Assembly (NCBI GenBank): GCA_951406725.2
Contig: OX597830.1
Span: 25,110,001-25,174,000, forward strand
Direction of reading: 5' to 3'
DNA length: 64,000 nt
From: Octopus vulgaris
Taxonomy: Eukaryota
Below, one piece after another: positions 1-13,699 of this stretch. The stretch's first letter is position 1, and each line of letters begins with the position of its first letter. The notes under the pieces are model-generated. The model had not been told where the DNA came from. It saw only the letters and a list, made by a program, of their open reading frames with translations, and searched no databases. A program made the translations under genes and the position numbers.

Positions 1-339
1 TAATAAAGATAAGTTTAACACATTAAATTAACGCGTAACACCTTCATTAACGCCACCACTGAATTTAGGACGTTTATATTACTTATGAGGTATTCTATAG
101 TTTTCAAAATGTACCTATCCTAATGTTGGAGAAATCATAACAGTTAAGCACAGACCGAATTTAATTTGAAAAATTACATTAATACCTAAATAGTATTATG
201 TGTAAATGACATGTTTGAACAAATTTATCCTAGTGATCATTTTATTAAAGGTAATTAACCTTTACTTTAAAATTTGGCTTTGCTTAGTGAGAAGAATGAA
301 ACTACTTTTTCTTTTTTTTTTCTTTTTTGAAAGTTTAGG

Positions 340-1990
340 AATATCATGTCTTTGAAGAAACTGCTATTCTTACTTCATTACTCAGGTTTTCGTTAGTAAG
401 TCTGGTACGAAGACGATTTTTTTGCATAATTCAGTTTGGTAAAAAAAACTGCTCATATTGATAAGTTGTCGAAAATTGAGATACGAATTTCAAGGTATTT
501 TTATGTAAAGCAGGTAATTTCTCAGGATTGATGGGTTTGTAGAAGTTCAATAAAGACAGATTACTATATTTTGATTTTATTAAGTTATCCAATTGCAAAT
601 TAATTAAATCTAATTGTAAGGAATCCGGTGCCTCCTCAGGACACATATCAAAAGGTGTCTCAAAAACACATAGTTCGATTTTATCTTGTATTTCTTCAAA
701 TCTTTCAAATTTCTTCAAAAGTCTTTCACACTCGTCAGAATATTCCTTTATTGATTTGGGATTTTGTTCGTTCATTTTCGGAAAATGTGTGAAGTACTTT
801 CTTTTCAATTGTATGACAAATAAATGAAGCATCGATTCAAAGCTTTTGATATGAGAAAGCAAACTGGTTATTAGCTGATTGGAGCCTTGTATTATTTAAA
901 TGGCTAGCTATATCTACTAAAAATGTTAAATCACTTTGAAACTTTTCATCTTCCAGTTCTATAATAGGAACACCTTTAATATCTATAAAAAATTTCGCTT
1001 CTTACTTCAGTTCATAAAATTGCTTAAGCATTTGGGCCTTACTTAACTTCACAATGGTGTGATAAATCCCCATATTGGGCTTCAAGATCTTTCAAAAATT
1101 CTTTAAATTCCCTATTATTCAACCCTTTGCTTTTTATCAAATTAACGGCCTTAGTTACAGCTTTAATTGCATTGACAATCTTGAGAGATTTTGCACATAA
1201 ACTTTCCATATGAATAAAGCGGACCCAAAAGTCGCTTCTTAAATTCATTCTTAATCAAACCTACGAACCCTTTTTCACGACCGACCACAGATGGAGCGCC
1301 ATCTGTGGCAAGACCACTCATTTTTTCATATGAAATTAACCATCACCTCTAATTGTTCCATGCATTGGTTTCAAGGAAAGAAATTCTTCCCGAATGTTGA
1401 ATTTTGCAGTTATTGCACGTATAAATATTGCCGTGTGAGTAGTATTAGACAGATCAGTTGTCTTATCAATAGCTAATGAATACAATACGAATTCTACTGA
1501 ATCAGATTTTAGAGAATTTTGAATGAGATCAGCAATATCTTTAATACGATCGGAAACAGTTCTTCTTGATAAGCTAATATTTCCAAACAAATTAATTTTT
1601 TCTTGGCATATATTCTCAACAGCAGTAAGGAGACATTTTTTCACGAATTCACCATCGCTATGTGGTTTGAGATTTTTAGCAATATTTTCGTATACCGCAT
1701 AATTAGCTCCAGTAACTGATTAACTCTCAAGAATTGGCCTTTTAAAAAAATGTTTGTCTTTTGGTCAGATTTTCTTTCAAGGAGGCTATCTTGTCAAAAC
1801 GTTCAGATTCTTTCAAATTTCCATAAATCTTATGCTTACTCATAAAATGCTTCCTTATATTATATTTTTTATGAAAGGTTACTTGTTCGTTGCAAATAAG
1901 ACAAATGCACTTATCTATTTCAATAAAAAAAATCAGTCCATTTTTCATCAAACAAAGTACGTTTACCAGCACTTTTATAACCGCTTGCCA
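340..1990 (-). mobile_element. Decayed hAT DNA transposase (SPIN/Charlie, GTF2IRD2/EPM2AIP1-like), broken by stops and frameshifts
   Basis: Collinear minus-strand ORF fragments: N-terminal Zn-finger CICLICNEQV...NIRKHFMSKH (1742-1972), ISLSRRTVSDRI...SLAIDKTTDLSNTTHTAIFIR (1336-1644), AVNLIKSKGLNNREFKEFL...HHCEVK (1039-1248), and C-terminal dimerisation-like FSTTYQYEQFF followed by RTRLTNENL (to about 340). Confidence 0.85.
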
Positions 1991-3389
1991 TATTGATAAA
2001 GGTATTGAAAAATTGATTTAACGAAGTTAACAAAGTTATAAACCGGTTAAATTTATGTTATCACTTTCGGAATTTTTGTTATTACCGCTGCCTGGGAAAA
2101 ACAAAAGCCAACTGGCTCTTTAGTCGTAATGCATGCATTTAGTGTTGCAAAAACATTTTTTAAAAATTGTAAAATATCAAGATATTGTTTGGTTCTGCAA
2201 GGTTAAACTTGATTTTTCTCTCTCCCTTGTCCACACAAGTGTTGACAAGCGAGTGGATAGGGAAGGACGATAGCTGATAAGCCGATGGTAGATGAAAGTA
2301 ACTCCTGTTGACCTTCTTGACACCGACTGATAACAAACATGCGACACACTTTTCGAAAAACGTTATTTTTCACTGCTTTTTCAGAAAAAAATAAGTTGGT
2401 AATATTTTTTTATAATCCTGTTCACAAAGCACCAAATTAGTAGTTTCTGATTCGATGAAACTTTACCAATTTGATTTTGATTTTTAATAAATTTTAAGAT
2501 ATTTTTTGTTTATCGAATGACAGAGAATGAGTGTCGATTTCGGAGATTTTTTTTAGTTTTCTCAGCTAAAGTACAGTTGGGTCTCATGAGAGTGGTACAA
2601 ACCTAGCAATATATGTTTTTTAGTGAAAACAAAATTTCCATTCAAATGGCAATTTACCGGAGACAATTTCATGCTCTACCCTATGGTCTTCATTACATTT
2701 GGACATAGCTTCCCAAACTTCAGTTAAGTTTACCATCAGTCACTCTATTCAGTTAACTTATAGGTCTTCTGAAATAATATTAATTGAAAATCACCCACTG
2801 TAGCAGTGAAGTCACTTCAAAAGGTATCTTAAGTCTGAAGTAAATCTACACCTGAAAAATGACCAGCGGCGTTGACCAAAAGAAGTGGCTTCGGCACAAA
2901 ATTTTTCTTCTTGCATTTAAATTTGACAGTAAGGTAGAAAAGTTCAACGAGCCATTCTGTAAACAAGTCCTCTTACAACTCAAGATTTTATTATTTTGTG
3001 TGTGTGTGTGTGCTAGATTGCCATATAACAAACTAAATTTAGATGCACCTTTTACTGCAACATGAATAATAAACAAACACTGGCTTTTTACTTCTTAATT
3101 GACATTTTCTCCTGACAACAATGTGAGACGAACTTTAATGGATTTTTATATTCTGGTACTTTGCATTCTCCCTCTGAGTTACAACTTTTAGAAAGTTTTC
3201 AAACGTTTCCAAAATATCCCACATACCTCTACACTGAAAACTAGATTCAGGTCGATCTTCCGATGCAACCTGAATGTCAACACTTGCTGTTATTCAATTG
3301 TCATGAAAACCAACAAATGTTTTCAGTGATTTCAACTTCATGTTTCAATGGACGAAATGAATTAAACGCATTTTGTTCGATAATAGCTA

Positions 3390-3725
3390 GTGAGATACGG
3401 AGTTCGTGGATGTTGAATTGCAGGGCACGTTGAAAGCCTATATCAATTAGTGATGGTGGGTAGTTCCTGCTGATGAGTGTATCCTTTAGCTCGTGTAGTC
3501 GTGTGTCCCTGGTTCTTATATCAGGTACTATAGTAAAAATTATTTTTGCCAGGTTGTAAGGGACATTCATTCAAGTGTGTCTGGGGTGGCATGAGTTGAA
3601 CGGCAGATGTTGCTTGGAGTCCTTGGACTTATAGTATATGTCTGTTTATATTTTGTTGGATTTCTTAATGAGGATGTCGAGGAAAGGAAATTGTTGATGG
3701 CTATATTCCATCGTAAATTGAGGGC
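3390..3725 (-). mobile_element. Penelope-like element fragment (RT C-terminal/thumb region)
   Basis: Minus translation PFLDILI...TDIYYKSKDSKQHLPFNSCHPRHT*MNVPYNLAKII...LKDTLISRNYPPSLID, the typical PLE RT C-terminal motif series. Confidence 0.75.
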
Positions 3726-4217
3726 AGCCATATCTCGAGCTAGTGTGTTAACATATCCGCAGCGCTGCTTCTAAGTTATGTATTATACGTGCAGTTTTTA
3801 TTTTTATAATCCATGAGCATGTTACCAGAAATGAACTTACAGCATCCAGATGTAGCTAAATAATAAATTGCTTTGAAGAGATTCGTTTCGCACTACATGG
3901 GTTGGGGTTCGTTCCCACAGTGTGTTACTTAGAGTGTTTTCTACCTTAGGTCAACCAATTCCTTCTACGCTGGGCCTATGATGTGGAGTGGTATGTTTCA
4001 GCCAACACATCGGTCCGGAGCCAGACAGCCCCTGGTTGAACCCTTAAATTTTGAGAAGATAGCACCTCCTCCCTGGACCCAAATATAGTTTTGTTCTCCT
4101 TACCAATTTTGTCACAGGGCGCCTTCTTGTGAGTGGCATGAAGATGGTATTAACTACAAAAGCTCTATGTACGCACGTATGTATGTATGCATGTATTTGT
4201 GTGTCTATATATATATA

Positions 4218-4595
4218 GAGGTGACTGTGTAGTAAGAAGCTTGCTTCCCAACCACATGGTTCCGGATTCAGTCCCACTGCGTGGCACGTGACACCTTGGG
4301 TAAGTGTCTTCTACTATAACCTCGGGCCGACCAAAGCCTTGTGAGTGGATTTGGTAGACGGAAACTGAAAGAAGACCGTCGTATATATGTATATATTTGT
4401 GTGTCTGTGTTTGTCCTCCACTATCGCTTGATAACCGTTGTTGGTGTGTTTACGTCCCTATAACCTCGTGGTTCGGCAAAAGAACCGATAGAATAAGTAC
4501 TAGGCTTATTGAGAATAAGTCCTGGGTCGATATGTTCAACTAAATGCGGTGCTCCGGCATGGCCGCAGTCAAATGACTGAAGCAAGTAAAACAAA
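4218..4595 (+). mobile_element. tRNA-derived SINE (family A, bipartite with internal microsatellite)
   Basis: A/B-box-like head (GTGACTGTGTAGTAAG...GGATTCAGTCCC), body GTGTCTTCTACTATA...CCAAAGCCTTGTGAGTGGATTTGGTAGACGGAAACTGAAAGAAG. Related pieces recur near 4925-5010 (-), 6530-6690, 14670-14800 (-), 16790-16890, 17190-17340 (-), 17815-17900, 20645-20915 (-). Confidence 0.75.
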
Positions 4596-4597
4596 AG

Positions 4598-4628
<31 letters not shown>

Positions 4629-7433
4629 AATGTGGACAGCTGGGCGCAATATAAACCGTATAGGCAAAATTTAGTTGTCAATAATTGTGACTGTATGTGC
4701 TTCAAGCATATTTATTGCTAGAAATAGCAGTTAATCCACTTATAGATAAGAAAAAGCAGATTGATATTCACCTACAGGACAGACAACTATCCCATGAACG
4801 AAGCAGTTTAATCCTGATGGGAATTGCCAACAGGGTGCCTCCATCACTTAACAGCTATTTCTTGCAATATATGTACTTGTAGCACAGTCACAATTAGTGC
4901 TGACTATATATATACACACACCAGGTTTCCTTACATTTTCCGTCTCCCAAATTTCCCTCAAAAGACATTAGTCAAACCAAGGCTATAGTAGAAGACACTT
5001 GCCCAAGTTGTTATGCGCCCGTGGATATATGTGTACACAGTCGAGTGTGTGTGTTTCTGTTATGTTGTGTCACATTTGTTCTGTGACTTGCCAGTTCGAC
5101 TAACAGAGCCGGTGAAATAAGTACTAGTCTGAAATAAATAATATATAATTGATTGAAGTAGGGCCGATATGATCAACAAAACCTTTGAAGGAGGTGTCTC
5201 AAAATAGCCGTTTGTGACTGTGAAATGTTGATTTGAACATTTAGTTAAAGTATTAAGATTCCTATGGAACTAAAAAGAAATGACATTGATGCTTGTATAT
5301 TCCCTGCCGGGTTGAGCGGTTTTCATTACAGGAAGTTTATATTTTCGTAGGTTAGAATATATTCAGAAAATTTAAACTAGGAAAATCTGGCCTTCAAAAA
5401 GAAAAGATCCAATTTAAATGTTAGCTAAATAGTTGCAACTTTTGCTAGAATTTAATGCATAGTATTATTTTGCAATGCTTATATATTTGTTCAGTACAAC
5501 GAACTGTTTAGATATTCTTTAGATCACAGAAAAAGTATAATCGATCAATTTAAAGAAGACTTACTATCTTAACATCTGGAAACAAAACTAGTATTATCCA
5601 ATATATACAGAGCCATAGAGGCCCAAAGCAATTTTTAAAATTTTGTTGCCCCCGCCCCCTATATATGTAATTCGATATATAAACAATAATAAACCTTTTT
5701 TTTTTTTCAAAATAAAACAAAATTAACAGTAAAATGGAAAAATAAGGCTTCCATTTCATTTATATTTCTCGTACTTTTTTTTGATTGCAAAGTTTTTGAT
5801 CAGATCTTCACTATGACACGATGAACACTTCGAAATTATATTTCCAATTATATAAACCACTTCGAATATTATTTCATTTAGCAAGTTTAGATAGATTTTT
5901 TTTGTGTGTGTGTGTGTGTGTGTCGTAAACTGTGGTAGCCCCATCTTTCCATCATGCCATAAACACGTGCTTATTTTGCTTGATCCAGCGCTGAATATAT
6001 ACGCTAATCTTATATGTAATGTATGTACAATCATATCCACTGATGATACAGGCTGAACTTTAAAGGTTTTAATATAAATGGTATTAACGCCGAGGTCGAC
6101 TTTACTTTTCATCCAGTCGACAAAATAAATACCAGTTGAGTACAGGGATCGATGTAATCGATTTATCCACTCACCAAAATTGCTGGCCTTGTGCCAAAAA
6201 TTGAAACCAATATAAATGATATTAAACATTATAAGCACTTATTTGAGGTAGTTTCTCTTCACCATCCCTAACAGCATTTATTTTAAAATCTCCGATGGAC
6301 AGCAATCACTAGTTATAATAGAAAAGGCAGAGAAGAGACAGCAGGTTTATGTTGGTGATGAGTTTAGTTATCGATGAAGCAAAATATCAGTTTTAACTCC
6401 GCCTCAAATTACGTTGGAAGTTCTACATCACAAGGATCACGAAGAAAGCAAATTTAATAAAAAGGATGCTAAAATTAAAGTTTTTAAAGAGGTTTTTTAT
6501 CAAGAAAATGTTAATATTACAAATCCTTTGGCATGGTTGTATAGTTAAGTAGTTTGATTCGTAACTACGAGGTCAGGTTCCATCCCACTGCAAAGCACTT
6601 CTCGTAATTGCCTTGTATCATACTTTGCGTTGACCAAGACATTGCGAATGGAATTTGACAGAAGCTGCGTGGATGCCCGTCGCGTGCGCGTATGTGTAGA
6701 GCGTAAAAGGGTTGCAAGTTCGTCTACAGAAGCCAAATCTCATATTTCTTGTTAACTAGATGGCACCTCTAATCACTACATTAAACTTCAACCGTGTAGA
6801 TTAGAAGCTTTAGCTTAACAACCCAGGATTCCTCATACAGCCTCTCAGCGAGAAAATCAATACAGAAAAACATCAACGTATGGTTGATATATATATATAT
6901 ATATATATATATGAAAGAAGACAGGGAAAAGCTGCTATGGGAATCGAATTTTGTGCCTGCTATTTTAACCACTTCACAGACACACTCCTAATTCTGGCTC
7001 ATATGTGCACTGATTTCTAGCTCTACCCCTTCTATCATTACTAAAATAACTTTTACTTGACTGGGCTCATGTCAATTCTACACAGGTATTCATGTTCCAT
7101 TCGCCTCTTACCCCTCATCAACGTTTTTGTATCCAACAACCCGGACCCGCACTAATTACTGCACCCAGTCCCTCCTTCCTAGAACATAGAAACTCTGGAA
7201 TTCTCTCTCTGATCATGCCTTTCCCGCTGGTGCTGATTTACAAAAGTTAAAGAGGAACAGTAATGACATCAATCGCATTAGTATAGGAAAGGTTATGCAC
7301 AAGTCTCGGGGCCAAGCAAAGCTTTGCAAGAGGATTTTAATAGGCAGAAACTGAAATAATCATGTTGTGGGAGAAGGGGGGGGGCGTGTGTCTGCGTATG
7401 TGTGTGTGGGTCTCAGTGTTAGTGACTATGCAC

Positions 7434-7780
7434 GAGAGAGATGAACTGCAAAGTACATTCAGGGTAACGTGTACAACACATTAAATTGTAATATCGCCGG
7501 ATCTGGTTGGCTCATTGGATTTCCAAAATGAAAGAACTTTGAAGTGTGTTCGCTGGTTGTAAACAATGGCCACCTCGCTGAAAGACGGTGTTGTTTACTT
7601 GCAGTCCACTGTGAATGCATGTCCTGGCTTCATGATTCCAAATACCCGTTTGTGAGAGTAGATCTCCACTCCCAGAGGCCTGAGTCTGTAATCCATGCGA
7701 TCATACATACACAGAAATTCCCATTTAGTTGTAGCAGTAATACATACACACACACACACACAGACACACACACACACACA

Positions 7781-7816
<36 letters not shown>

Positions 7817-8482
7817 TGTATGTGGATGGATGGATGGATGGACATATGGATGGCTTGAGAGACACACACACAACCAGCTGATACATGGACAAAAACCTGA
7901 AAAAGAGTGCTCCCTGAACAAAGACCTAGATCATATTTGTTTTGTAGCGAGTTATGAAGACATTCCGTTGTCACTGCCACCATTGAAAATGCAGTGAAAT
8001 AGTGATTGGTTTGCTGGGAACTCTGTAACCAACGTCGCTAGTGTTCACCAATCACAATATAAAATAAAAAATTATAAATTCAATAACAATTTAAGTACAC
8101 CTTTGTAGGTTGGGATCTAGTTTCAACAGAAGTATTAATCTACAATTACAAAGAAATGAAGTATGATCTGTCTTTTCAAACTGGTTGATAGAACCAGATC
8201 ACTAAAATTAGTTGTAAACAGATCTGAAACATTTAAGAGTCAGCTGCTGTCAAATACTGAAAATGTTGCTTTACAGACACGCATTCTAACTATTCTTTTT
8301 ATCCAGATAAATAACCTTGCCCTTTACCTATTGCTTTATGAGGTATACTTTCCGTTATTATTTTGAATTATTAAGTATTTGTGAGGAGAGAGATAAACTG
8401 CAAAGTACATACAGAGTAACGAGTACAACACATAAAATTGTAATATCGCCGGATCTGGTTGGTTCATTGGATTTCCAAAATG
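7434..8482 (+). repeat. Pair of about 97-bp direct repeats (7434-7530 and 8386-8482)
   Basis: GAGAGAGAT(G/A)AACTGCAAAGTACA...TAATATCGCCGGATCTGGTTGG(C/T)TCATTGGATTTCCAAAATG present twice, about 90% identical. Confidence 0.9.
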
Positions 8483-9588
8483 TCATCTCTAGTGGCTATG
8501 CTATGTGCAAGTCATACGGAAAAGTGCTGAATGAAGAATGTGTGAGGAAGCTTGATTAAATAGGTGCTGAACAATTGGTTGGGCTGTTCTAGGCTGCATG
8601 TTTTTGCCCTATTACAACCAAGTCCACCTGAAGTTTTCGAAGAAACCATTTATTTGCATATAAATATTACAATGATTGCAGTAGTTCCTTGCCGAAAACT
8701 GTATCACTGATAACCAGTAGTGAGTTATTTAAGCGTATGCTAACTGGAAAGTACAGCTACATTGTTGTATTGTGAGAGGCGGGAAAACCCTGTGTTCATT
8801 ATAAACAAACGATTCCTTTTAACCCGGGATCGAGCAGCGACTGAGAAACCTCTTCTCACGGCTTTCTGTTACCCCTGGTGTGTCTGCCTATCTGGCTTAA
8901 CTGTGAAGCACATCTCAATTTATAGCCATGTTTTGGCAGAAAGCTCACGGAAAGTTCCATCGAAAAGTTACAGCTGAAATACTATTGGTCAGAATCTAGT
9001 ACAAATCACCTTATATGATGTGGTCTATTTCTCGTTACTGAGCCAACATGATTTCAATCTAAACCCCGCTACAAGTGGATAAAGTTGAGTAGATTAAAAT
9101 GATCCATAAAAAGATTTTACATAGATATATTCGGTGGCACTTGTTTTATGCAAAATACAATTATTTCACAATCGAAATTGTAAACTTAGGTTGCTTTGAA
9201 GGTTGACATATAGATAATCAACAGAAGACAGAAGCACTGTTCTTCTTTTGACATAACTAAAATGGCTTCTGCTCTTCTGAGCTAACAAACTGCATTACTC
9301 CTCCACTTACTCCCCATCTGACACACTCCTTTCATCTCTTTTTCTTCTCTCTATTGAATTTACTTCCTCCGCCCTAGGCCTACACTAAACACCTTTGTTT
9401 GGCAAAGGCCAAGGGTGTTCTACTTTCAAATAACTATTAAAACATACTCTTACACACACAGGTTCACAAATATATGAACATCACACTTTGTCTGTGTTCG
9501 TTTGTACAGAGTGCTTCGATCAAAGTGACTCCCAAAGCAAGTACACAAGTGTAAATCGGAAGGAAAAAAGCAAAACGACAGACGCAAA

Positions 9589-9867
9589 CATTGGCAGACT
9601 GGCCAGCTTGCCCGATGGCAAGTGGGCCCTTACGCCATTAGAATCCATATATGGGGACCCATGTTAGTATCTAAGGGGCCCATCCCCTCAAGTTTGAGAA
9701 TTTTTTTATTCACTCCTGGAAGAATGCATTATTTCAACCTGGCTGTTTTTGTAGATAGTTGAAAAAAATAATTTTAACAAAAAAGAAAAAATTAAATAAC
9801 ATTGTAGTTGCGGGTGGGCCTCCTTAGTCTCCTGGCAACCAAAATTTTTAGACCCAGTCCGCCACTG
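9589..9867. mobile_element. Short hAT-type MITE
   Basis: Terminal inverted repeats CATTGGCAGACTGG / CCAGTCCGCCACTG (12 of 14 match). Flanking 8-mers GACGCAAA / CATACAAA match only partly, so the TSD is uncertain. Confidence 0.55.
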
Positions 9868-10392
9868 CATACAAACTATTTATTAAGAATAAGTTCTGTT
9901 TAGTGATTTACGTTATAAATAACAATATGAAGTTTTTGTCACCAACATTAAACGAAGTCCATTTGACAATTTATTTCCTGTTACATCATTGAGAAATGAA
10001 ACTGGGAACTTATTTTTGTCTTCCTCTTTTTTACTGTTTAAAGGCGAAAATAAAACAGAAAGTTCATGATCTCATTACAAAGGTGCACCTAAGTCAAAAC
10101 ATGGAAAATCTGTGATTCACTTGGGAATATTTATCAAACTTTTTTTGACAAGCAAACATCTTTACATAATGCAGAGTACTATAGTAAATTATGATTAAAT
10201 ATTTTGAAGTTGTATATTTATATGGACAACTGGAATACTGATTTAGCGTATAAACGGATTCATACTCGTATGTATTTAGTTTCACTGGGAAAATAGACCG
10301 CGTGTTAAAACGTCAGCAGCTAAGAATGATGTCCTTGTTCTAAGCTGTCAAAATACTGTAGTGTTGCCACGTGGCTTAATTTCGTATCAAAG

Positions 10393-10432
<40 letters not shown>

Positions 10433-12294
10433 ATATGAATTTGCATTGCATATCATAATGAACCCTTCAGTCTTTCTATTTATTTTGAAGACAAAAACTA
10501 GCCTTGAATGAACAAAATCGCAGGAAAATACACTTGGATTTGAAACTTTTGCTCCACAATATTTTATCTTTCATTTAAAAGGGTCTGATTTTATTAATAG
10601 TTAATCAGCAGAATATTTTCCTTTACTATGTCCTATCGGTTATGGATAAGATTACAATTAAGTAGTTTATCAAAACATCACATCATACTGGTATTCGAAC
10701 TATGTTTCGAAGATAAGATTTGTTGGCATTTAGCCAACCTTAATCCATTGATTTTAGTTCTTTTGACAAGAAATATTATAATCATTGTCCAAGACAATGC
10801 GGGTACAGGTGTGAGCTGACATTATGCTTGAAACCTGACAAGTCTTTCTGAATGTTGCGCAAATATAGGCATGTTATGTCATGTGACATGAGGAGATTTA
10901 AGTAATTGTTTAGTAATTGGAAGAAATCACCTATTTCAAGTATTTAGACCAACTTTATTACATGTTCAATGTATTATAAACATTTACTGTATAATCTTGA
11001 TCCTATCATCTGTCTCAACATGCTGTAAACATGTTATGTATATCCTCCAACTTAGCTGAAATCATCGTTTAGGAATTAATCTGGAGGAGACTATTAGTTC
11101 CAATTTTTTATGTATTAAATGATATCATAAAAATCCCAAGAGAACAATTCTTGATATTCCATCTGCTGCAAGACTATGCAAGCGGAAAAAAGTGGACAAA
11201 TATTTACTCCAACTGACATATAAGATTTCATTATTTAATCCACAGTTTTTGACAACAAAAAGCTTCAATATTTTGGTAAAATAATAAGATACAAAACACC
11301 TAGTCAAAACATCACCGAAACACCCAATTTACAAATCATTATGCATAAACAACTGAATTTTGTCTACTGAAATGAAATAACAGAGAAGCAATTCTTTAAA
11401 TTTCCGTTTGACTGCTATTTTGATTAAGGCTTTTTGCCTTGCATGGCGTATGCAATATACTATTTATATGCAGGAGGGGTTATGTCATGCAAAAATGGTG
11501 TTATTGATGATAGCTGAGATAGAGGAGAGTTAAGGAAAATACCTACAGCATATATCTCATTATTCTGAGTTCAACTGCATCTGAAAATTGCAACAATATT
11601 AATTCCAGTTCCAAATGATTATAAAATTGACTTCGTGTTTTTGAAGGGAAGCAAGAGTGTAAACTTGATTTTAAGATATTGCAACAGAGATACTAATGAT
11701 TAATAAAAATACACACACACACACATACATACGCATGTACATACGTACATATATACGTACATACATTCATACATATATATACATGAGAATACATACATAA
11801 AACAAAACATATAAATCTGCACATATACATGCATACAAACAAAAATATCCTGTTGTTGATGTTGAAATCCCGATGAAAGAGCCTTGAGTCTAGGTTAGAA
11901 ACCAGCTTTTTCTCTATTGGCAAGAAATCTTGAAATAAAACTGATCACATACACATAGTGGTCGAAAAATAGCAGCAAAATTTTAAATAGAAACAATACT
12001 TAGTGTTATTGTTGTTTAGTCTCAGGTCAGCCCTGATTCAGTAGATTATGAACGAAACTGTTCCAGCCTTATTCAAGTCTAAGATAAATTTTAGTTTATC
12101 TAAGATCAAATAATTCAGTGTGGCTTTCCCATTTTAAGACAAAGAGCATTATTTGAAACTTGGCTGTTATTTCTTGCAGGTGCCTAGAGTGGATGTCAGC
12201 CTTATAATCAAAATGCATAGCTAAAATGATAAACTGAATTTCGAAGCTTTCAACACTCTTCCATTGAGTGAGAGAAGGCTGAATTAATGAATAA

Positions 12295-13699
12295 TCTACT
12301 ATAATAATACTCTTGTGTTTTTCTCCGTCACAACATATGAATGAGAAAGGAAGGGGTGATAGATGAGTAAGGAAGGAAGGGGTGATGGTAAACTGGGAGG
12401 TGGTTGATGGAAATTCTATGGTGAAAACAAATCAAACATCGTTTTAACTCTGCGAGTATATGTCAAAGGGAGGTATGTGAATGTTTGTGTGTGTGTGTGT
12501 GTGCACGCGCGCACGCAATGGAAGTGAGATGGTGAACATTCAACGCTGAAAAGAAAAATCAAACAGCGTTTGAACTCTGTGTGAGTATATGTGTTTGCGT
12601 GTACAAGGGAAGTATATAAATGTATGTGTGAATCAGCATTCTTTCAGTAACAAACGATGATCGATATCACATCTCAAAATACAACCACTAGATAACACTG
12701 AGAAGTGTATTAATTTGAATTACCATCCATATTCTATCTTTTGTCCTTATTTATATATAAAATACTACAATTAGCTGTCATTTTTTACAGCATGGGACTA
12801 GCTAGTAATACTAATAATTCTGCTTATCATTGCGTTACTTAACCCGTTGATAATGCTTTCATGTGATTAGAGAAAAAGAGGGAGAAAGAAAAGGAGAGAG
12901 AAAATGAGGTAGAAAGAAACGTCCATGATGTGAGGTAGAAGGAATGTAAGTGTAACGCTTTCGTGTGATTAATTGAAGGGAAAGAGAAGAGAAAGAAAAA
13001 GGAGAGAGAAAAAGAAGATAAGATGAAGAGTGAGACAGAAAGAGGGAGAAAGAAGGGTTCATGACGTGTGGTAGGGGGAACGTAATATTTATTATGTGGT
13101 TAAAAAAGTTAGTTGAAGAGGAGAGTTTAAAATATAATTTAGTAGAGGGGTGATGTTTTGATGGTGAGGTTAAAGGAAGACAGAGAGGGGAAAGAGAGGA
13201 GGGATAAGAGAGAGAGAGAGAGAGAGAGAGATTATGATGATGGTGGTGGAGGTGGTGATTGGATAATAAAAAGTGTTTTTTTTAATTAATTGAATTAAGT
13301 TTTTTTATATCACCTACTTGACGCATGTGCATGAGTGCAATTCCATAAAATATTCACGCTTATTAATGTGGCAGATGTGTGCAATTTAACTGAAAGTTGT
13401 ATCATATGTACAGGATATTTTTTTTTTTTTGGATTATGAGAAAACCGGAAAAATAAGAGTGAATATTTATTTTATGAGTGCTATGTATTAAGTCTATAAA
13501 ATTGTGCACAACGTATATAAAGTTCATTAAGTAATCATCGTATTCAAATTTCTTTTACTTTTCAATGAGTAGCAGATGAGCGACTATCTTTCCACACAGA
13601 CACAATACAGGCTACACTTTCAGGTTTTTGGATAAAGTTTTCAGAAATAACTCAATAGGTTTACCATTAATTCCGTGAAATATTCACAGGTCCCGCTAG
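12295..13699 (+). mobile_element. Non-autonomous Helitron-like element
   Basis: A|TCTACTATAATAATAC 5' end, 3' hairpin CCGTGAA-ATA-TTCACAGG then CTAG|T. The 5' part recurs inverted at about 19500-19819. Confidence 0.6.

Noticed and set aside
4218-4290. tRNA gene
   Set aside because: Only A/B-box-like SINE heads are present. No complete cloverleaf, and followed by SINE body.
6752-6768. CTCF-like motif (ACTAGATGGCAC)
   Set aside because: A single short match is expected by chance in 64 kb.
7544-7997. Overlapping ORFs of about 100 aa
   Set aside because: Produced by (CA)n/(TATG)n/(GGAT)n microsatellites lacking stops.
10700-10816. Candidate first exon ending CAG|GTGAGC
   Set aside because: Donor-like site, but no convincing ATG-initiated signal peptide. 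Unsupported without transcripts.
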